Shown piece after piece: positions 39,710-48,920 of a stretch of DNA of 56,638 nucleotides. The stretch spans positions 8,062 to 64,699 of the forward strand of contig CAZIJG010000005.1 of assembly GCA_964539545.1 (NCBI GenBank). The letters run 5' to 3'. The position numbers and the translations under genes were made by a program. A model generated the notes under the pieces. That model made no database searches. It was not told the origin of the DNA and saw only the letters and a program-made list of their open reading frames with translations. The stretch comes from an uncultured Gammaproteobacteria bacterium. Its GTDB lineage: Bacteria > Patescibacteriota > Patescibacteriia > Patescibacteriales > UBA12465. Position 1 is the first letter of the stretch; the number at the start of each line of letters is the position of its first letter.

Positions 39710-40390
39710 ATGAAGATATTAATAATAGATGATGATAAACAATTAGGCTCTGCCTTAAAGTTATTCTTAAAAAATCAAGGATTTACTGTAGACTATACTT
39801 TTAATGCCGAACAAGGTTTATTTTTTGCTAAAACAAATTATTATGACTGTATATTGCTAGATTATATAATGCCTAATTTAAACGGCGAAGAAGTCTGCAA
39901 GGAAATACGATTACAACAAATAGACACACCTATTATCATTCTAAGCGTTAAAAAAACAGCACCAGACAAAATCACCTTATTAAATTCTGGAGCAGATCAT
40001 TATTTAACAAAACCCTTCAACCTAGAAGAACTTCTAGCGACAATTAAGGCTATCACCAGAAGACCTGCTAACTATGAAGAACAGTCTAATATTGAAATAG
40101 GGGGTTTGCTCATTAATCCAACTAATTTCGTAGTTAAAAAAAATGATAAAGAAATAAATTTAAGCCCAAAAGAATTTGATCTTTTATACCTTCTTACAAA
40201 AAACCCAAATAAAGTTTTGAGCCGTCAAATAATTCTAGAAAAAGTTTGGGATAGAAATGCAGACATGTTTTCTAATACTGTAGATGTTCATATTCAAAAA
40301 CTAAGAAAAAAACTAAAGAATTTTCAACAAAAAGATTTAATCAAAACAATTCCTGGACGAGGTTATAAAATTACCGATCAGACTTCATGA
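39710..40390 (+). CDS. OmpR-family response regulator
   Basis: MKILIIDDD...DCILLDYIMPNLNG (receiver Asp)...GADHYLTKPF, plus a winged-helix output domain (LSPKEFDLLYLL......SRQIILEKVW......NTVDVHIQKLRKKL......IKTIPGRGYKI). Confidence 0.9.
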   Translation: MKILIIDDDKQLGSALKLFLKNQGFTVDYTFNAEQGLFFAKTNYYDCILLDYIMPNLNGEEVCKEIRLQQIDTPIIILSVKKTAPDKITLLNSGADHYLTKPFNLEELLATIKAITRRPANYEEQSNIEIGGLLINPTNFVVKKNDKEINLSPKEFDLLYLLTKNPNKVLSRQIILEKVWDRNADMFSNTVDVHIQKLRKKLKNFQQKDLIKTIPGRGYKITDQTS

Positions 40391-40464
40391 AAATATTACA
40401 AACCATAATCAAATTAAAGACAACAATTGAAGACAAAAAATGAATAGAACTTATTTTAAACATT

Positions 40465-41784
40465 TTGATATTAAGTTCTATTTTCTTAACATCCTTGGCT
40501 ATAATTGTGAGTAGTATAGGCTACTTCTCACTAGAAAAGTATAATGCGCTCTCCCCATTAATTTATATTATCATATTAATATTTTTTATATTTTTATTAT
40601 GGTTATCTAGACAACAAAAATTAAAACTTGCGTCCCTATTATTAATAGTAGCTTATTTCTTGCCCAACACTTTGTTCGTATACAGATGGGGCGTAAATCT
40701 GCCTCAAAACCTTTTATTGTATATATTAATTATTATAATGAGTGGTATTCTTCTGGGAACAAGAGCCGCCTTCATGTCCACAACACTAATAGGGATTATA
40801 CTATTATTTTTATCTTACTTACAATCTAATGACCTTATAAACACAGATCTTTATTGGACAAAAGAATATTCGCCAAGAATAGATGACACGCTAATGATTG
40901 TTATAACATTTTTCATAATAGCGATAGTCTCATGGTTATCAAATAAAGAAATTTCTAAATCTCTAAAACGTGCTCGCCACTCAGAAACAAAATTACAACA
41001 GGAAAGAGATAATCTTGAAACTACGGTAAAAGAAAGGACTCAAGAAATAAAAAAAATGCAAATAGAAAAAATCGGCACTTTGTATAAATTAGCTGAATTT
41101 GGCAGATTATCTTCAGGAATATTTCATGACTTGATTAATCCCCTGACAGCTGTGTCACTAAATTTACAACAAATCAAAGATGATACTAAACAGGGGGCAA
41201 CAACGAAGGAATATCTTAGACAAGCTTTAAATGCCACTAATAAAATGCAGGCTTTTATAACTAGCATCAAGTCTCAAATCAAAGATGAACAAAATGAATC
41301 ATATTTTTCAGTCAACCAAGAAATTAATAATTGTTTGCAAATCCTTGATTATAAAGCCACTAAATTTAAAGTTAAACTAATATTTAAGAAACAAGGAAAT
41401 TTAAATATTCACGGTATTGCTTCAAAATTAAGTCAAATAATTCTTAATCTAGTCTCTAATGCTATTGAATCATATGAATCCTGCAAAAAGAATTGTCAGC
41501 TAGTAATAATAAAAACTAAAAAAGATGATAAATATATAAAAATTAGAATACAAGATTTTGGCTCTGGCATAACCAAATCTAATAAAGCAAAAATCTTTCA
41601 GCCTTTCTTCTCTACAAAAAATCTAAAAACTGCTGGATTAGGAATTGGATTGTATTCTACCAAGAACATAATAGAAAAAAGCTTTGGAGGATCATTACAA
41701 GTTGTAAGTAACCCCATGCGTGGCACAAGCATGATTGTAAAAATACCTATAAACAAAAAAAGCGACCTAAAAAAGTCGCTTTGA
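40465..41784 (+). CDS. Sensor histidine kinase (about 5 TM helices + HisKA + HATPase_c)
   Basis: H-box SSGIFHDLINPLTAV, N-box LNLVSNAIES, G-boxes QDFGSGI and GLGIGL. TTG start. Confidence 0.85.
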   Translation: MILSSIFLTSLAIIVSSIGYFSLEKYNALSPLIYIIILIFFIFLLWLSRQQKLKLASLLLIVAYFLPNTLFVYRWGVNLPQNLLLYILIIIMSGILLGTRAAFMSTTLIGIILLFLSYLQSNDLINTDLYWTKEYSPRIDDTLMIVITFFIIAIVSWLSNKEISKSLKRARHSETKLQQERDNLETTVKERTQEIKKMQIEKIGTLYKLAEFGRLSSGIFHDLINPLTAVSLNLQQIKDDTKQGATTKEYLRQALNATNKMQAFITSIKSQIKDEQNESYFSVNQEINNCLQILDYKATKFKVKLIFKKQGNLNIHGIASKLSQIILNLVSNAIESYESCKKNCQLVIIKTKKDDKYIKIRIQDFGSGITKSNKAKIFQPFFSTKNLKTAGLGIGLYSTKNIIEKSFGGSLQVVSNPMRGTSMIVKIPINKKSDLKKSL

Positions 41785-41786
41785 TA

Positions 41787-42641
41787 CTAATAAATTCCAA
41801 TATTATCATTGAAAAGAACAAGTTCTGGTTCAGGGAGAAAAAATCCTAATTTTGCATCAAGAAAATAAACTGAATCCCCTGTTTTCTGGTCCCATTTTAG
41901 ATAGGACCAACTAATTCCGTCAACAGTATGACCATCATAGGCAATGTGTTTTTGCTTTTCAATGACATAAAATATTCTTAACTTCTTTCCATCTTTATAC
42001 ATCTTGTTAGCAAAATCTAAAGCTTCTTCTTTATCATGAAACCTAATATATTTCACTGGACCATCACCACTAAAATATCCTGATCCCTCTATGTGATTTT
42101 TTCCATCATCTACTATCCTGGCAACTTCTTTATCAAAACTGTTTTGCCACGAGCCCATATGGAAAGATAAAAACAAGATACCAATCAATACAGATGGCAA
42201 GACATAAAAAATCAAACCGGCTACTTTGACCACTCTAGCTGAATCGTTGAATCTATCCATGAGAAGCAATTTTTCAAACCAATTCCCCATCAATGTGATT
42301 ACTGTCAAAAAGATCGTAAACGGCAAAATAATTGATAAAAGTATTGGCTGTTTTAATGAGATAAAACTCGTCAGTATTACTGTAACTATTACAGACACAA
42401 AAAGTACAAATACCAAGAATCCAACATGCTTTTTTGAAACACCTGTCCAAAAATTAATGGCAAAGAATACCAATATACACCACCACAAGCCATATATAAC
42501 CGACAGATACAGACGAGCAAATTCCAAATTAAGCAACGCAATATCAGTAACTAAATACTGAATAAGGTTTTGCCAACAAACATAAAACATAACAACAACA
42601 GCAGTAAAAACTACTAACGCAACAATTTTAAAAGTTTTCAT
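41787..42641 (-). CDS. Hypothetical membrane protein (5-6 TM helices + ~120-aa soluble C-terminal domain)
   Basis: 284-aa ORF, convergent with the kinase (stop codons 2 nt apart). No family recognised. Confidence 0.5.
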   Translation of the reverse strand: MKTFKIVALVVFTAVVVMFYVCWQNLIQYLVTDIALLNLEFARLYLSVIYGLWWCILVFFAINFWTGVSKKHVGFLVFVLFVSVIVTVILTSFISLKQPILLSIILPFTIFLTVITLMGNWFEKLLLMDRFNDSARVVKVAGLIFYVLPSVLIGILFLSFHMGSWQNSFDKEVARIVDDGKNHIEGSGYFSGDGPVKYIRFHDKEEALDFANKMYKDGKKLRIFYVIEKQKHIAYDGHTVDGISWSYLKWDQKTGDSVYFLDAKLGFFLPEPELVLFNDNIGIY

Positions 42642-42731
42642 AATTTCTCCTTCTATTTTAAAGATCTGTGTAAATTCTATTTATAACTCAATCGTTATAT
42701 AATAAAACAAAAACTCTACTCTTGTCAAGAC

Positions 42732-42762
42732 AAAAACAACCGCCAACTAGAGCGGTTGTTTT
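42732..42762 (-). terminator. Terminator downstream of the DUF378 gene
   Basis: aaaaACAACCGCcaactagaGCGGTTGTttt: 8-bp perfect stem flanked by A and T runs. Confidence 0.65.
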
Positions 42763-42777
42763 ATATACAAGCTGATA

Positions 42778-42987
42778 TTACACTTTTTTCATAAACTTGC
42801 CAGCCGCAAATAACAAGTACAGAGAAGCTAAACCAGCTAATGTATAGACTAGTCTGGTTAACACCGTCATGTAGCCAAAGATAGCTGCTATTAGATCAAA
42901 ACTAAATAATCCTACTAACAACCAATTTAAACCGCCAATAATAACTAAAATCAAGGCAAGCCAATCTAGAGAACTTAGTTTATTCAT
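42778..42987 (-). CDS. DUF378 family small membrane protein
   Basis: LDWLALILVIIGGLNWLLVGLFSFDLIAAIFG is the DUF378 signature (iGalNWglvg.f.fdlv). Confidence 0.8.
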   Translation of the reverse strand: MNKLSSLDWLALILVIIGGLNWLLVGLFSFDLIAAIFGYMTVLTRLVYTLAGLASLYLLFAAGKFMKKV

Positions 42988-43042
42988 ATTTTTAAATTTA
43001 AGCGCTTAAATTTAAACAGACTCCGACCTTTTTAAAAGCCCG

Positions 43043-43516
43043 TTAGTTCATTTGCCAAATAAAATAATTCAGAATAGCTGCAAAAGCCACCCATAAAGCA
43101 TAGGGAATTAATAAATATCCTGCTAATCTGTTAATTTTATAAAAATAAATCTTAGTAAAAATAATTGCAACGAATAAAACGATAATTCCAACAAATCCCC
43201 ACATAGGGCTCTCTAAAAAGAAAAAGAAAAATGGCCATAAAATATTTAATAGCCATTGTGCAAAAAATAGTACTAGAGGTGTCTCTTTCTTCTGTAATTT
43301 TAAGTCTGAACTCAATATTAAAAATAAAGCTAACCCAATCAAAACATATAAAACTGTCCAAACAGGTGAAAACACCCAGTTAGGAGGATTGAAACCGGGT
43401 TTAATTAACCCAACATACCAGCTAGACATGCTAACTTGAGTAAAAATAGCTCCTATAGCCCCAGCCGAAAGACTAATAACTAAGGAAAAAACTAATAAAA
43501 CAAGCTTATTTTTCAT
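43043..43516 (-). CDS. tspO: TspO/MBR tryptophan-rich sensory protein
   Basis: WY..L.KP.FNPPNWVFSPVWTVLYVLIGLA......LFFAQWLLNILWPFFFF......ALWVAFAAILNY. 5 TM helices, 157 aa. Confidence 0.85.
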   Translation of the reverse strand: MKNKLVLLVFSLVISLSAGAIGAIFTQVSMSSWYVGLIKPGFNPPNWVFSPVWTVLYVLIGLALFLILSSDLKLQKKETPLVLFFAQWLLNILWPFFFFFLESPMWGFVGIIVLFVAIIFTKIYFYKINRLAGYLLIPYALWVAFAAILNYFIWQMN

Positions 43517-43554
43517 AACTTTAGTATATCAAATAAATACTTTTTCTGCTAGTT

Positions 43555-44571
43555 TTAGCGACTAATGACAATCATGGCTTTGCTAACTCCAATGATCGGC
43601 AAATGATCACCAGTAGGATAATCTCTGATTGCGTTATAAAGATTTACAAAACTGTATTTAAATCCTTCTCCCCTCTTTGTGCCTGGGTCATTAGTAATAA
43701 ATTCTTCACTATTTCTATCATAGCCTTTAATAACTAGCATGTGTCTATCTGGTCCCGGCGACGTAAAATATGGATTATCTAATACTTGTCCGTTAGTAGG
43801 AACGACAACTAATTTATTTTGGTTTAATTTAGATACAATATCTTCAATAGAGATTTCGTATTTTGCTTCTACCTGATTATAATCAAAATATCCCTTAACA
43901 ATTCTTTCTACTGAGTCGTAAGCCGATGTATCTCTAAAACTGCCATAATTATCAGTCTCAAAATTAGATATATCTAATATGGCTGTTTGGGCCTCAGACA
44001 AGCTCAAACTTTCTTGATTCGCCCACTTCATAGCCATTAGCATCGAGGCTTCTTCACAGCCGTCTTGTTGCCTCTGGTCTGACCAATCACCAAACGGAGC
44101 CTGTGACGTAAACGGCACAGACAATAGTTTGCTTTCTTTATCTAAACCTCCGATACTAATCTGACTCAAATCCATATTACTAATTCCCAACCCTTGTTCT
44201 TTCATAATATCAAAAGCTTCCTGAGGACGGCCTAAATAATGTTTTAATCCAGTCACTGGTGAAATATAATAAGCTTTGCCTGCATCATTTACCACCAATA
44301 AGATTTTTCCCTGCACTCTATCCGGAAACACCTCATAGGAATCAGTAAACTCTTTTGTCACTCCCAAACTTAATTCTCTCATAATATCAAAAGCTTCCTG
44401 AGGACGGCCTAAATAATATCTACGATTATCGTCTGGATAAATATACCAAGCCTCACCATTTTCTTCTACTTGTAATAATATACGTCCAGACAAATTATAA
44501 AAATCACCTGCCAAAACTTGAGCTGGCAGGCTTAAAATAATAACTATTAAGATAATGAATGTCTTTAACAT
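43555..44571 (-). CDS. Secreted C39-like (Peptidase_C39_2) cysteine peptidase-fold protein with two N-terminal ~59-aa repeats
   Basis: Signal peptide, then repeats GRILLQVEENGEAWYIYPDDNRRYYLGRPQEAFDIMRELSLGV / GKILLVVNDAGKAYYISPVTGLKHYLGRPQEAFDIMKEQGLGI, then SVPFTSQAPFGDWSDQRQQDGCEEASMLMA (C39_2-type Cys motif). Confidence 0.7.
   Translation of the reverse strand: MLKTFIILIVIILSLPAQVLAGDFYNLSGRILLQVEENGEAWYIYPDDNRRYYLGRPQEAFDIMRELSLGVTKEFTDSYEVFPDRVQGKILLVVNDAGKAYYISPVTGLKHYLGRPQEAFDIMKEQGLGISNMDLSQISIGGLDKESKLLSVPFTSQAPFGDWSDQRQQDGCEEASMLMAMKWANQESLSLSEAQTAILDISNFETDNYGSFRDTSAYDSVERIVKGYFDYNQVEAKYEISIEDIVSKLNQNKLVVVPTNGQVLDNPYFTSPGPDRHMLVIKGYDRNSEEFITNDPGTKRGEGFKYSFVNLYNAIRDYPTGDHLPIIGVSKAMIVISR
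44202..44417. repeat. 39-nt perfect direct repeat (44202-44240 and 44379-44417) inside the C39-like gene
   Basis: tcataatatcaaaagcttcctgaggacggcctaaataat occurs twice, 177 nt (59 codons) apart. On the minus strand it encodes YLGRPQEAFDIM in both protein repeats. Confidence 0.9.
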
Positions 44572-44573
44572 AA

Positions 44574-45314
44574 CTAGTAAATAATTACTGGTGTACCAAT
44601 CTCTGCCCAGCTATACATCATCTCAGCCGCCTCCAAACCTAATCTAATACAACCATGAGAAACTGCTGTGCCTAAATGATCCTCACCTTCACGATACCCA
44701 TTAGGCCAAATAGGTAATTCATGAATACCAAACTTACCAGTCCCCAGCCCCATCCAATAGGGCATCCAGAGACCGTAGGGTGACCAAGCTTTATCAACTT
44801 TATTTATAATATGATAACTTCCTAAAGGTGTAGAATTATTTATTCCCGAAGACATCAAAAACTTTCCTACTCTAACTCCACCTAAAAAATAACTAAACTC
44901 TTGGTTACCTGTATCTACTCCGAATTTCTTTCCTAATTGTTCTGGCTCTGGATTTACAGGATTATATCCATTAATAACTTCGTCACCATCTGTATAGCCG
45001 TCACCATCAGAATCAGCCAATAACAAATTAGTGTGAAAATCTAATTCTAGGCGATCAGACAATCCATCATTATCCTGATCATTATCCTCCAAACTAACTT
45101 GCTGAGGATTATGAGGAGAATAACCAGTGTTCAACTCCAACCAATCACTATAACCGTCACCGTCAGAATCAGCTAAAAAAGGATTAGTATAATATATTTT
45201 TTGCTCATCTTGGTCACTCACTCTATCACCATCTGAATCTACCATAGCTAAAATTTGCCTAGGCAAGACTAAGCTAACCGCTAATATTAAAATAAAAACA
45301 AATTTTATTCTCAT
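44574..45314 (-). CDS. L,D-transpeptidase (YkuD) with N-terminal thrombospondin-type-3-like Ca-binding repeats
   Basis: DSDGDRVSD / DSDGDGYSD / DQDNDGLSD / DSDGDGYTD repeats, plus catalytic FGIHE...SHGCIRL. Confidence 0.85.
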   Translation of the reverse strand: MRIKFVFILILAVSLVLPRQILAMVDSDGDRVSDQDEQKIYYTNPFLADSDGDGYSDWLELNTGYSPHNPQQVSLEDNDQDNDGLSDRLELDFHTNLLLADSDGDGYTDGDEVINGYNPVNPEPEQLGKKFGVDTGNQEFSYFLGGVRVGKFLMSSGINNSTPLGSYHIINKVDKAWSPYGLWMPYWMGLGTGKFGIHELPIWPNGYREGEDHLGTAVSHGCIRLGLEAAEMMYSWAEIGTPVIIY

Positions 45315-45335
45315 ATACCAAATATATCTATTTTT

Positions 45336-46058
45336 TTACCTAACTACTGCCATTAATAGTATGCCGGCAATAAATACTAGAAAAGATAGCATAGACTTCT
45401 TCAAACTCTTCTCTTTCCTTAACTCTGGCATTAAATCTGAAGCAGCAATATATATGAATCCACCAGCTGCAAACGGCAAAAGATATGGAATAATATTTTC
45501 CATTTCATTGGCTAAGAAATAACCGACAATACCACCTGCAACTACAGCCAATGCTACAATATAATTAACTAATAATGCTTTTTTCTTATTAAACCCTGCG
45601 TGGATCAACACACCAAAATCTCCAATCTCTTGAGGGACCTCATGCAAAGCAATCGCTATAGTTGTGGCGATCCCTAAAGGAATGTTTATCAAAAAAGCGC
45701 TGGCAATAACTAAACCATCAATAAAATTATGAATAGAATCTCCCACTAAATTAATATAACCAAAAGAATGAATTTCACAATTAGCTTTATGGCAATGACG
45801 CCAATGCAATAATTTCTCTAATAAAAAGAAAAATACAAAAGAAGCTAAAACCGTACCAAATAAATAATTAGATTTAATCTGTTCAGCGGCTTCTGGTAAT
45901 AAATGCAAAAAAGCTCCACCCATGAAAGCCCCGGCAGATAATGACACTAAAAATATAGTTATTTTAGATAACTGTTTACTGTTTAAATAGAAAAATAATA
46001 ATGCCACAAACACAGATAAACTAATCAATCCAGTGGCTATAATAATATTTAATAACAT
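45336..46058 (-). CDS. ZIP-family divalent metal transporter
   Basis: ...LHLLPEA...HNFIDGLVIASAF......AIALHEVPQEIGDFGVLI......IYIAASDLMPEL. Confidence 0.88.
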   Translation of the reverse strand: MLLNIIIATGLISLSVFVALLFFYLNSKQLSKITIFLVSLSAGAFMGGAFLHLLPEAAEQIKSNYLFGTVLASFVFFFLLEKLLHWRHCHKANCEIHSFGYINLVGDSIHNFIDGLVIASAFLINIPLGIATTIAIALHEVPQEIGDFGVLIHAGFNKKKALLVNYIVALAVVAGGIVGYFLANEMENIIPYLLPFAAGGFIYIAASDLMPELRKEKSLKKSMLSFLVFIAGILLMAVVR

Positions 46059-46116
46059 GAATTATATTTTATTTACTTATCTATACATTATACCTAATAA
46101 AACTAAAAGATAAAAT

Positions 46117-46141
46117 AAAACCGTCAATAAATGACGGTTTT
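46117..46141. terminator. Bidirectional terminator downstream of hutU; copy 1 of a 25-nt repeat
   Basis: aaaACCGTCAataaaTGACGGTtttt. It is 24/25 identical to 48921-48945. Confidence 0.65.
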
Positions 46142-46163
46142 TTATAATTACCTTTTCTTATAA

Positions 46164-48218
46164 TTACTGAACGTACTTTTTAAGTAACGCTTCATCAACC
46201 AAGTAAGGTAAAGTGATTTGTTGCACAGGATGCTTAACATTCCACTTTTCAGCGGTTTCAATAGCATTTAGGTTTCTAGCCCAGGCCCGACGAGCAACAC
46301 CGCCCATCACGTCCCAACTTAAACCCATTGTTACTACTTCATCAGCATGATGCGAACCATTCAGCAAGATTCCATAACCTCCGTTAGATGCCCTGCTAAC
46401 GCCCACACCGCCACCATTGGACAGCACAACCATGGTCATTCCACGAGCTGCATTACCAAGAGCGCACTGTATCGACATGTCAGCAGTCGTTCGGCTACCA
46501 TCTTTAATATCGGAAGTTTCGCGATAAGGGGAATCTGTCCCTGATGCATCATGGTGATCTCTACCCATCATAATCGGACCAATCTCTCCCTGTCGTACAG
46601 CCTCATTAAATCGCAAAGCAATGGCTATTCGACCTTCTTCATCAGAATACAAAATTCTAGCCTGAGTGCCCATGACCAAATCATTAGAACCAGCCTCTTT
46701 AATCCAACGATAATTATCACGATACATATCCCCCAAAGAAGGATCTATACATTCCATGGCAATTTTATCAGTTATCTTCAAATCTTCCTTCTTACCACTC
46801 AAGCATACCCAGCGAAATGGACCAAAACCTTTATCAAAACATAATGGACCCATAATGTCCTGAACATAGGATGGCCAAATAAAGCCTTCTGAAATGTCTT
46901 TACCATTTTTAGCAATCTCAGTTACATCAGCCTCGAACACTGATGCCATAAAAGTATTTCCGTAGTCCCAGAAAAAAGAGCCCTTATCAGTTAACCTCTT
47001 GATGACTTTAAAGTGTTTTTCCAGGGATTCATCTACCAATTTAGCAAATTCTTTACCCTTGCCACTATTAAGCATTTCTCTACCCTTTTCATAGGTAAGA
47101 CTAACGGGGGTGTAACCTCCTTCATGCACTACGTGGCAACTGGTCTGATCACTAATTAATTCCACTGGAACATCTTTTTCATCAATATGCCATAATAGGT
47201 CTACTATATTACCATGATAGGCAATGGAAATTGGCTCTTTTTTCTTTTTATAATAGCCTATCCACGCTTCTATTTGAGACAAGCTATCGGAAACTTTATC
47301 TACCCAGCCTTTTTTCTCAATCTCATCAATCCTGCCTTTATCCACCTCAGCAATAACAGCAACTCCACCAGCCATTTTCACAGCTTTAGGTTGAGCTCCT
47401 GACATACCGCCAAGACCTGAGGAAACGAAGCAAACACCACGAAGATCTTTGTCATCAGGAATACCTAAATACTTTTTCCCAGCGTTCAGAACAGTAATAA
47501 AAGTACCATGCACAATACCCTGGGAACCGATATACATCCAACCGCCAGCGGTCATCTGGCCATAATTAGTAACTCCGAGCGCGGCTAACCTGTTAAAGTC
47601 GTCTTTATTATCCCATTGACCAACCATTAGGCCGTTAGTAGCAATTACCCGTGGCGCAAAGGCGTGTGATGGGAAAAGACCTACAGGGTGACCAGAGCTC
47701 ACTACCAGAGTTTGATCATCTCCTAGATTTTCCAAGTACTTCATAATCAAACGATACTGTAACCAGTTTTGGCATACCTGACCAGATTCGCCATAGGTAA
47801 CAAGTTCATAAGGATACAGCGCTGTTTCAAAGTCTAGATTATTATTAATCATCACTTGAATCGCCTTACCAGTCATGGTACCGCGATAATCATTAATGGA
47901 ACCGCCCTTAATTCTTCCTACTGGACGAAAACGAAGAGCATAAATACGACCATAAGTTTTTAATTCCTCTAAAAATTCAGGAATTAATGTTTCATGATGT
48001 TTTGCAGGAATGTAACGAAAAATATTAGCTAAAGCTAATCTAATTTCTTTGTTACTTAGAGGAACTTTTAAATTCCTTTTAGGAGCGTGTCTTTTATCCA
48101 GATCAACGCCTGGATTAGAAGGTAAAACATCCATATCTAAATGGATAGTCATTTCGTCATTAGAATCAATCATGTCTACATTTATTTGGTTGTTATTATT
48201 ATTTAAAGAACTATACAA
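46164..48218 (-). CDS. hutU: Urocanate hydratase, long form (start uncertain: TTG 48218 or ATG 48173)
   Basis: ...VTYGESGQVCQNW......TNYGQMTAGGWMYIGSQGIVHGTF......GLGGMSGAQPKA......HVVHEGGYTP......RDHHDASGTDSPYRETS... are urocanase NAD-binding and active-site blocks. An Asn-rich N-terminal extension is present. Confidence 0.88.
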   Translation of the reverse strand: MYSSLNNNNNQINVDMIDSNDEMTIHLDMDVLPSNPGVDLDKRHAPKRNLKVPLSNKEIRLALANIFRYIPAKHHETLIPEFLEELKTYGRIYALRFRPVGRIKGGSINDYRGTMTGKAIQVMINNNLDFETALYPYELVTYGESGQVCQNWLQYRLIMKYLENLGDDQTLVVSSGHPVGLFPSHAFAPRVIATNGLMVGQWDNKDDFNRLAALGVTNYGQMTAGGWMYIGSQGIVHGTFITVLNAGKKYLGIPDDKDLRGVCFVSSGLGGMSGAQPKAVKMAGGVAVIAEVDKGRIDEIEKKGWVDKVSDSLSQIEAWIGYYKKKKEPISIAYHGNIVDLLWHIDEKDVPVELISDQTSCHVVHEGGYTPVSLTYEKGREMLNSGKGKEFAKLVDESLEKHFKVIKRLTDKGSFFWDYGNTFMASVFEADVTEIAKNGKDISEGFIWPSYVQDIMGPLCFDKGFGPFRWVCLSGKKEDLKITDKIAMECIDPSLGDMYRDNYRWIKEAGSNDLVMGTQARILYSDEEGRIAIALRFNEAVRQGEIGPIMMGRDHHDASGTDSPYRETSDIKDGSRTTADMSIQCALGNAARGMTMVVLSNGGGVGVSRASNGGYGILLNGSHHADEVVTMGLSWDVMGGVARRAWARNLNAIETAEKWNVKHPVQQITLPYLVDEALLKKYVQ

Positions 48219-48260
48219 TATTTAATAATTAATCGTATAACGTTTATTTATTGGTGTCAA

Positions 48261-48285
48261 CAAAAACACCCGCAATTGCGAGTGT
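48261..48285 (-). terminator. Terminator downstream of the 192-aa gene
   Basis: Minus strand: ACACTCGCAATTGCGGGTGT followed by ttttgtt. A TTGACA-17-TACGAT promoter-like element for hutU follows. Confidence 0.5.
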
Positions 48286-48296
48286 TCTATCTAATA

Positions 48297-48875
48297 TTAT
48301 TCAACTTTTTCATAGGAGAGCGTATTACCCCGGGGTAAATAACTCATTATCAAACGATGATTGGTTAGAGTTAAAATCTTATACAACATCTCTTCATCTT
48401 CTTCAAAAATGGTTAAATCTGGTCCATCTAGATAATATTCAACGCTACTCACTTCTTCGTCATTATAATAATCTATTTTAATTTTATTATTAAACTCTAT
48501 AACGGATTTTTCATCATTCACTGAAGCCCAGGTACCACGAACTGTATAAACATTGTATTCATTAATTAATAATTCAATCTCTAAATCACCTGGAGACTCT
48601 ACAGCTTTAGCTCGGCCACTATCATTAAAGGCCTGTTCTTCAACAGAAATCTGTTCTCCCACATCCTCTTTATCATCTCCGTTGTCCTGGGGGTCTGTTT
48701 CTAAAACAATTGTATCTTCTGCGATACCAATGTTGTTAAACTCAATCGAACCTAGCCCTTCGCCGTTAACCTGATGATCCGAATTAATTTCTGATATTCT
48801 ATCATTATCTATGATTCTGTAGGCAAAAAATACTAATAATAACGCTATAATGATAATAAATAATATTTTTTTCAT
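48297..48875 (-). CDS. Exported protein with an acidic linker and a lipocalin-like C-terminal domain
   Basis: N-terminal signal/anchor (KKILFIIIIALLLVFFAY). The C-terminal YTVRGTWASVND...IEFNN......YYLDGPDLTIFE......YKILTLTNHRLIMSY resembles the lipocalin-like (Lipocalin_4) pattern. From memory, not searched. Confidence 0.45.
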   Translation of the reverse strand: MKKILFIIIIALLLVFFAYRIIDNDRISEINSDHQVNGEGLGSIEFNNIGIAEDTIVLETDPQDNGDDKEDVGEQISVEEQAFNDSGRAKAVESPGDLEIELLINEYNVYTVRGTWASVNDEKSVIEFNNKIKIDYYNDEEVSSVEYYLDGPDLTIFEEDEEMLYKILTLTNHRLIMSYLPRGNTLSYEKVE

Positions 48876-48920
48876 AATATTTATAGTTAATTATTTATTT
48901 TAGTTTATCATTTTATCAAA

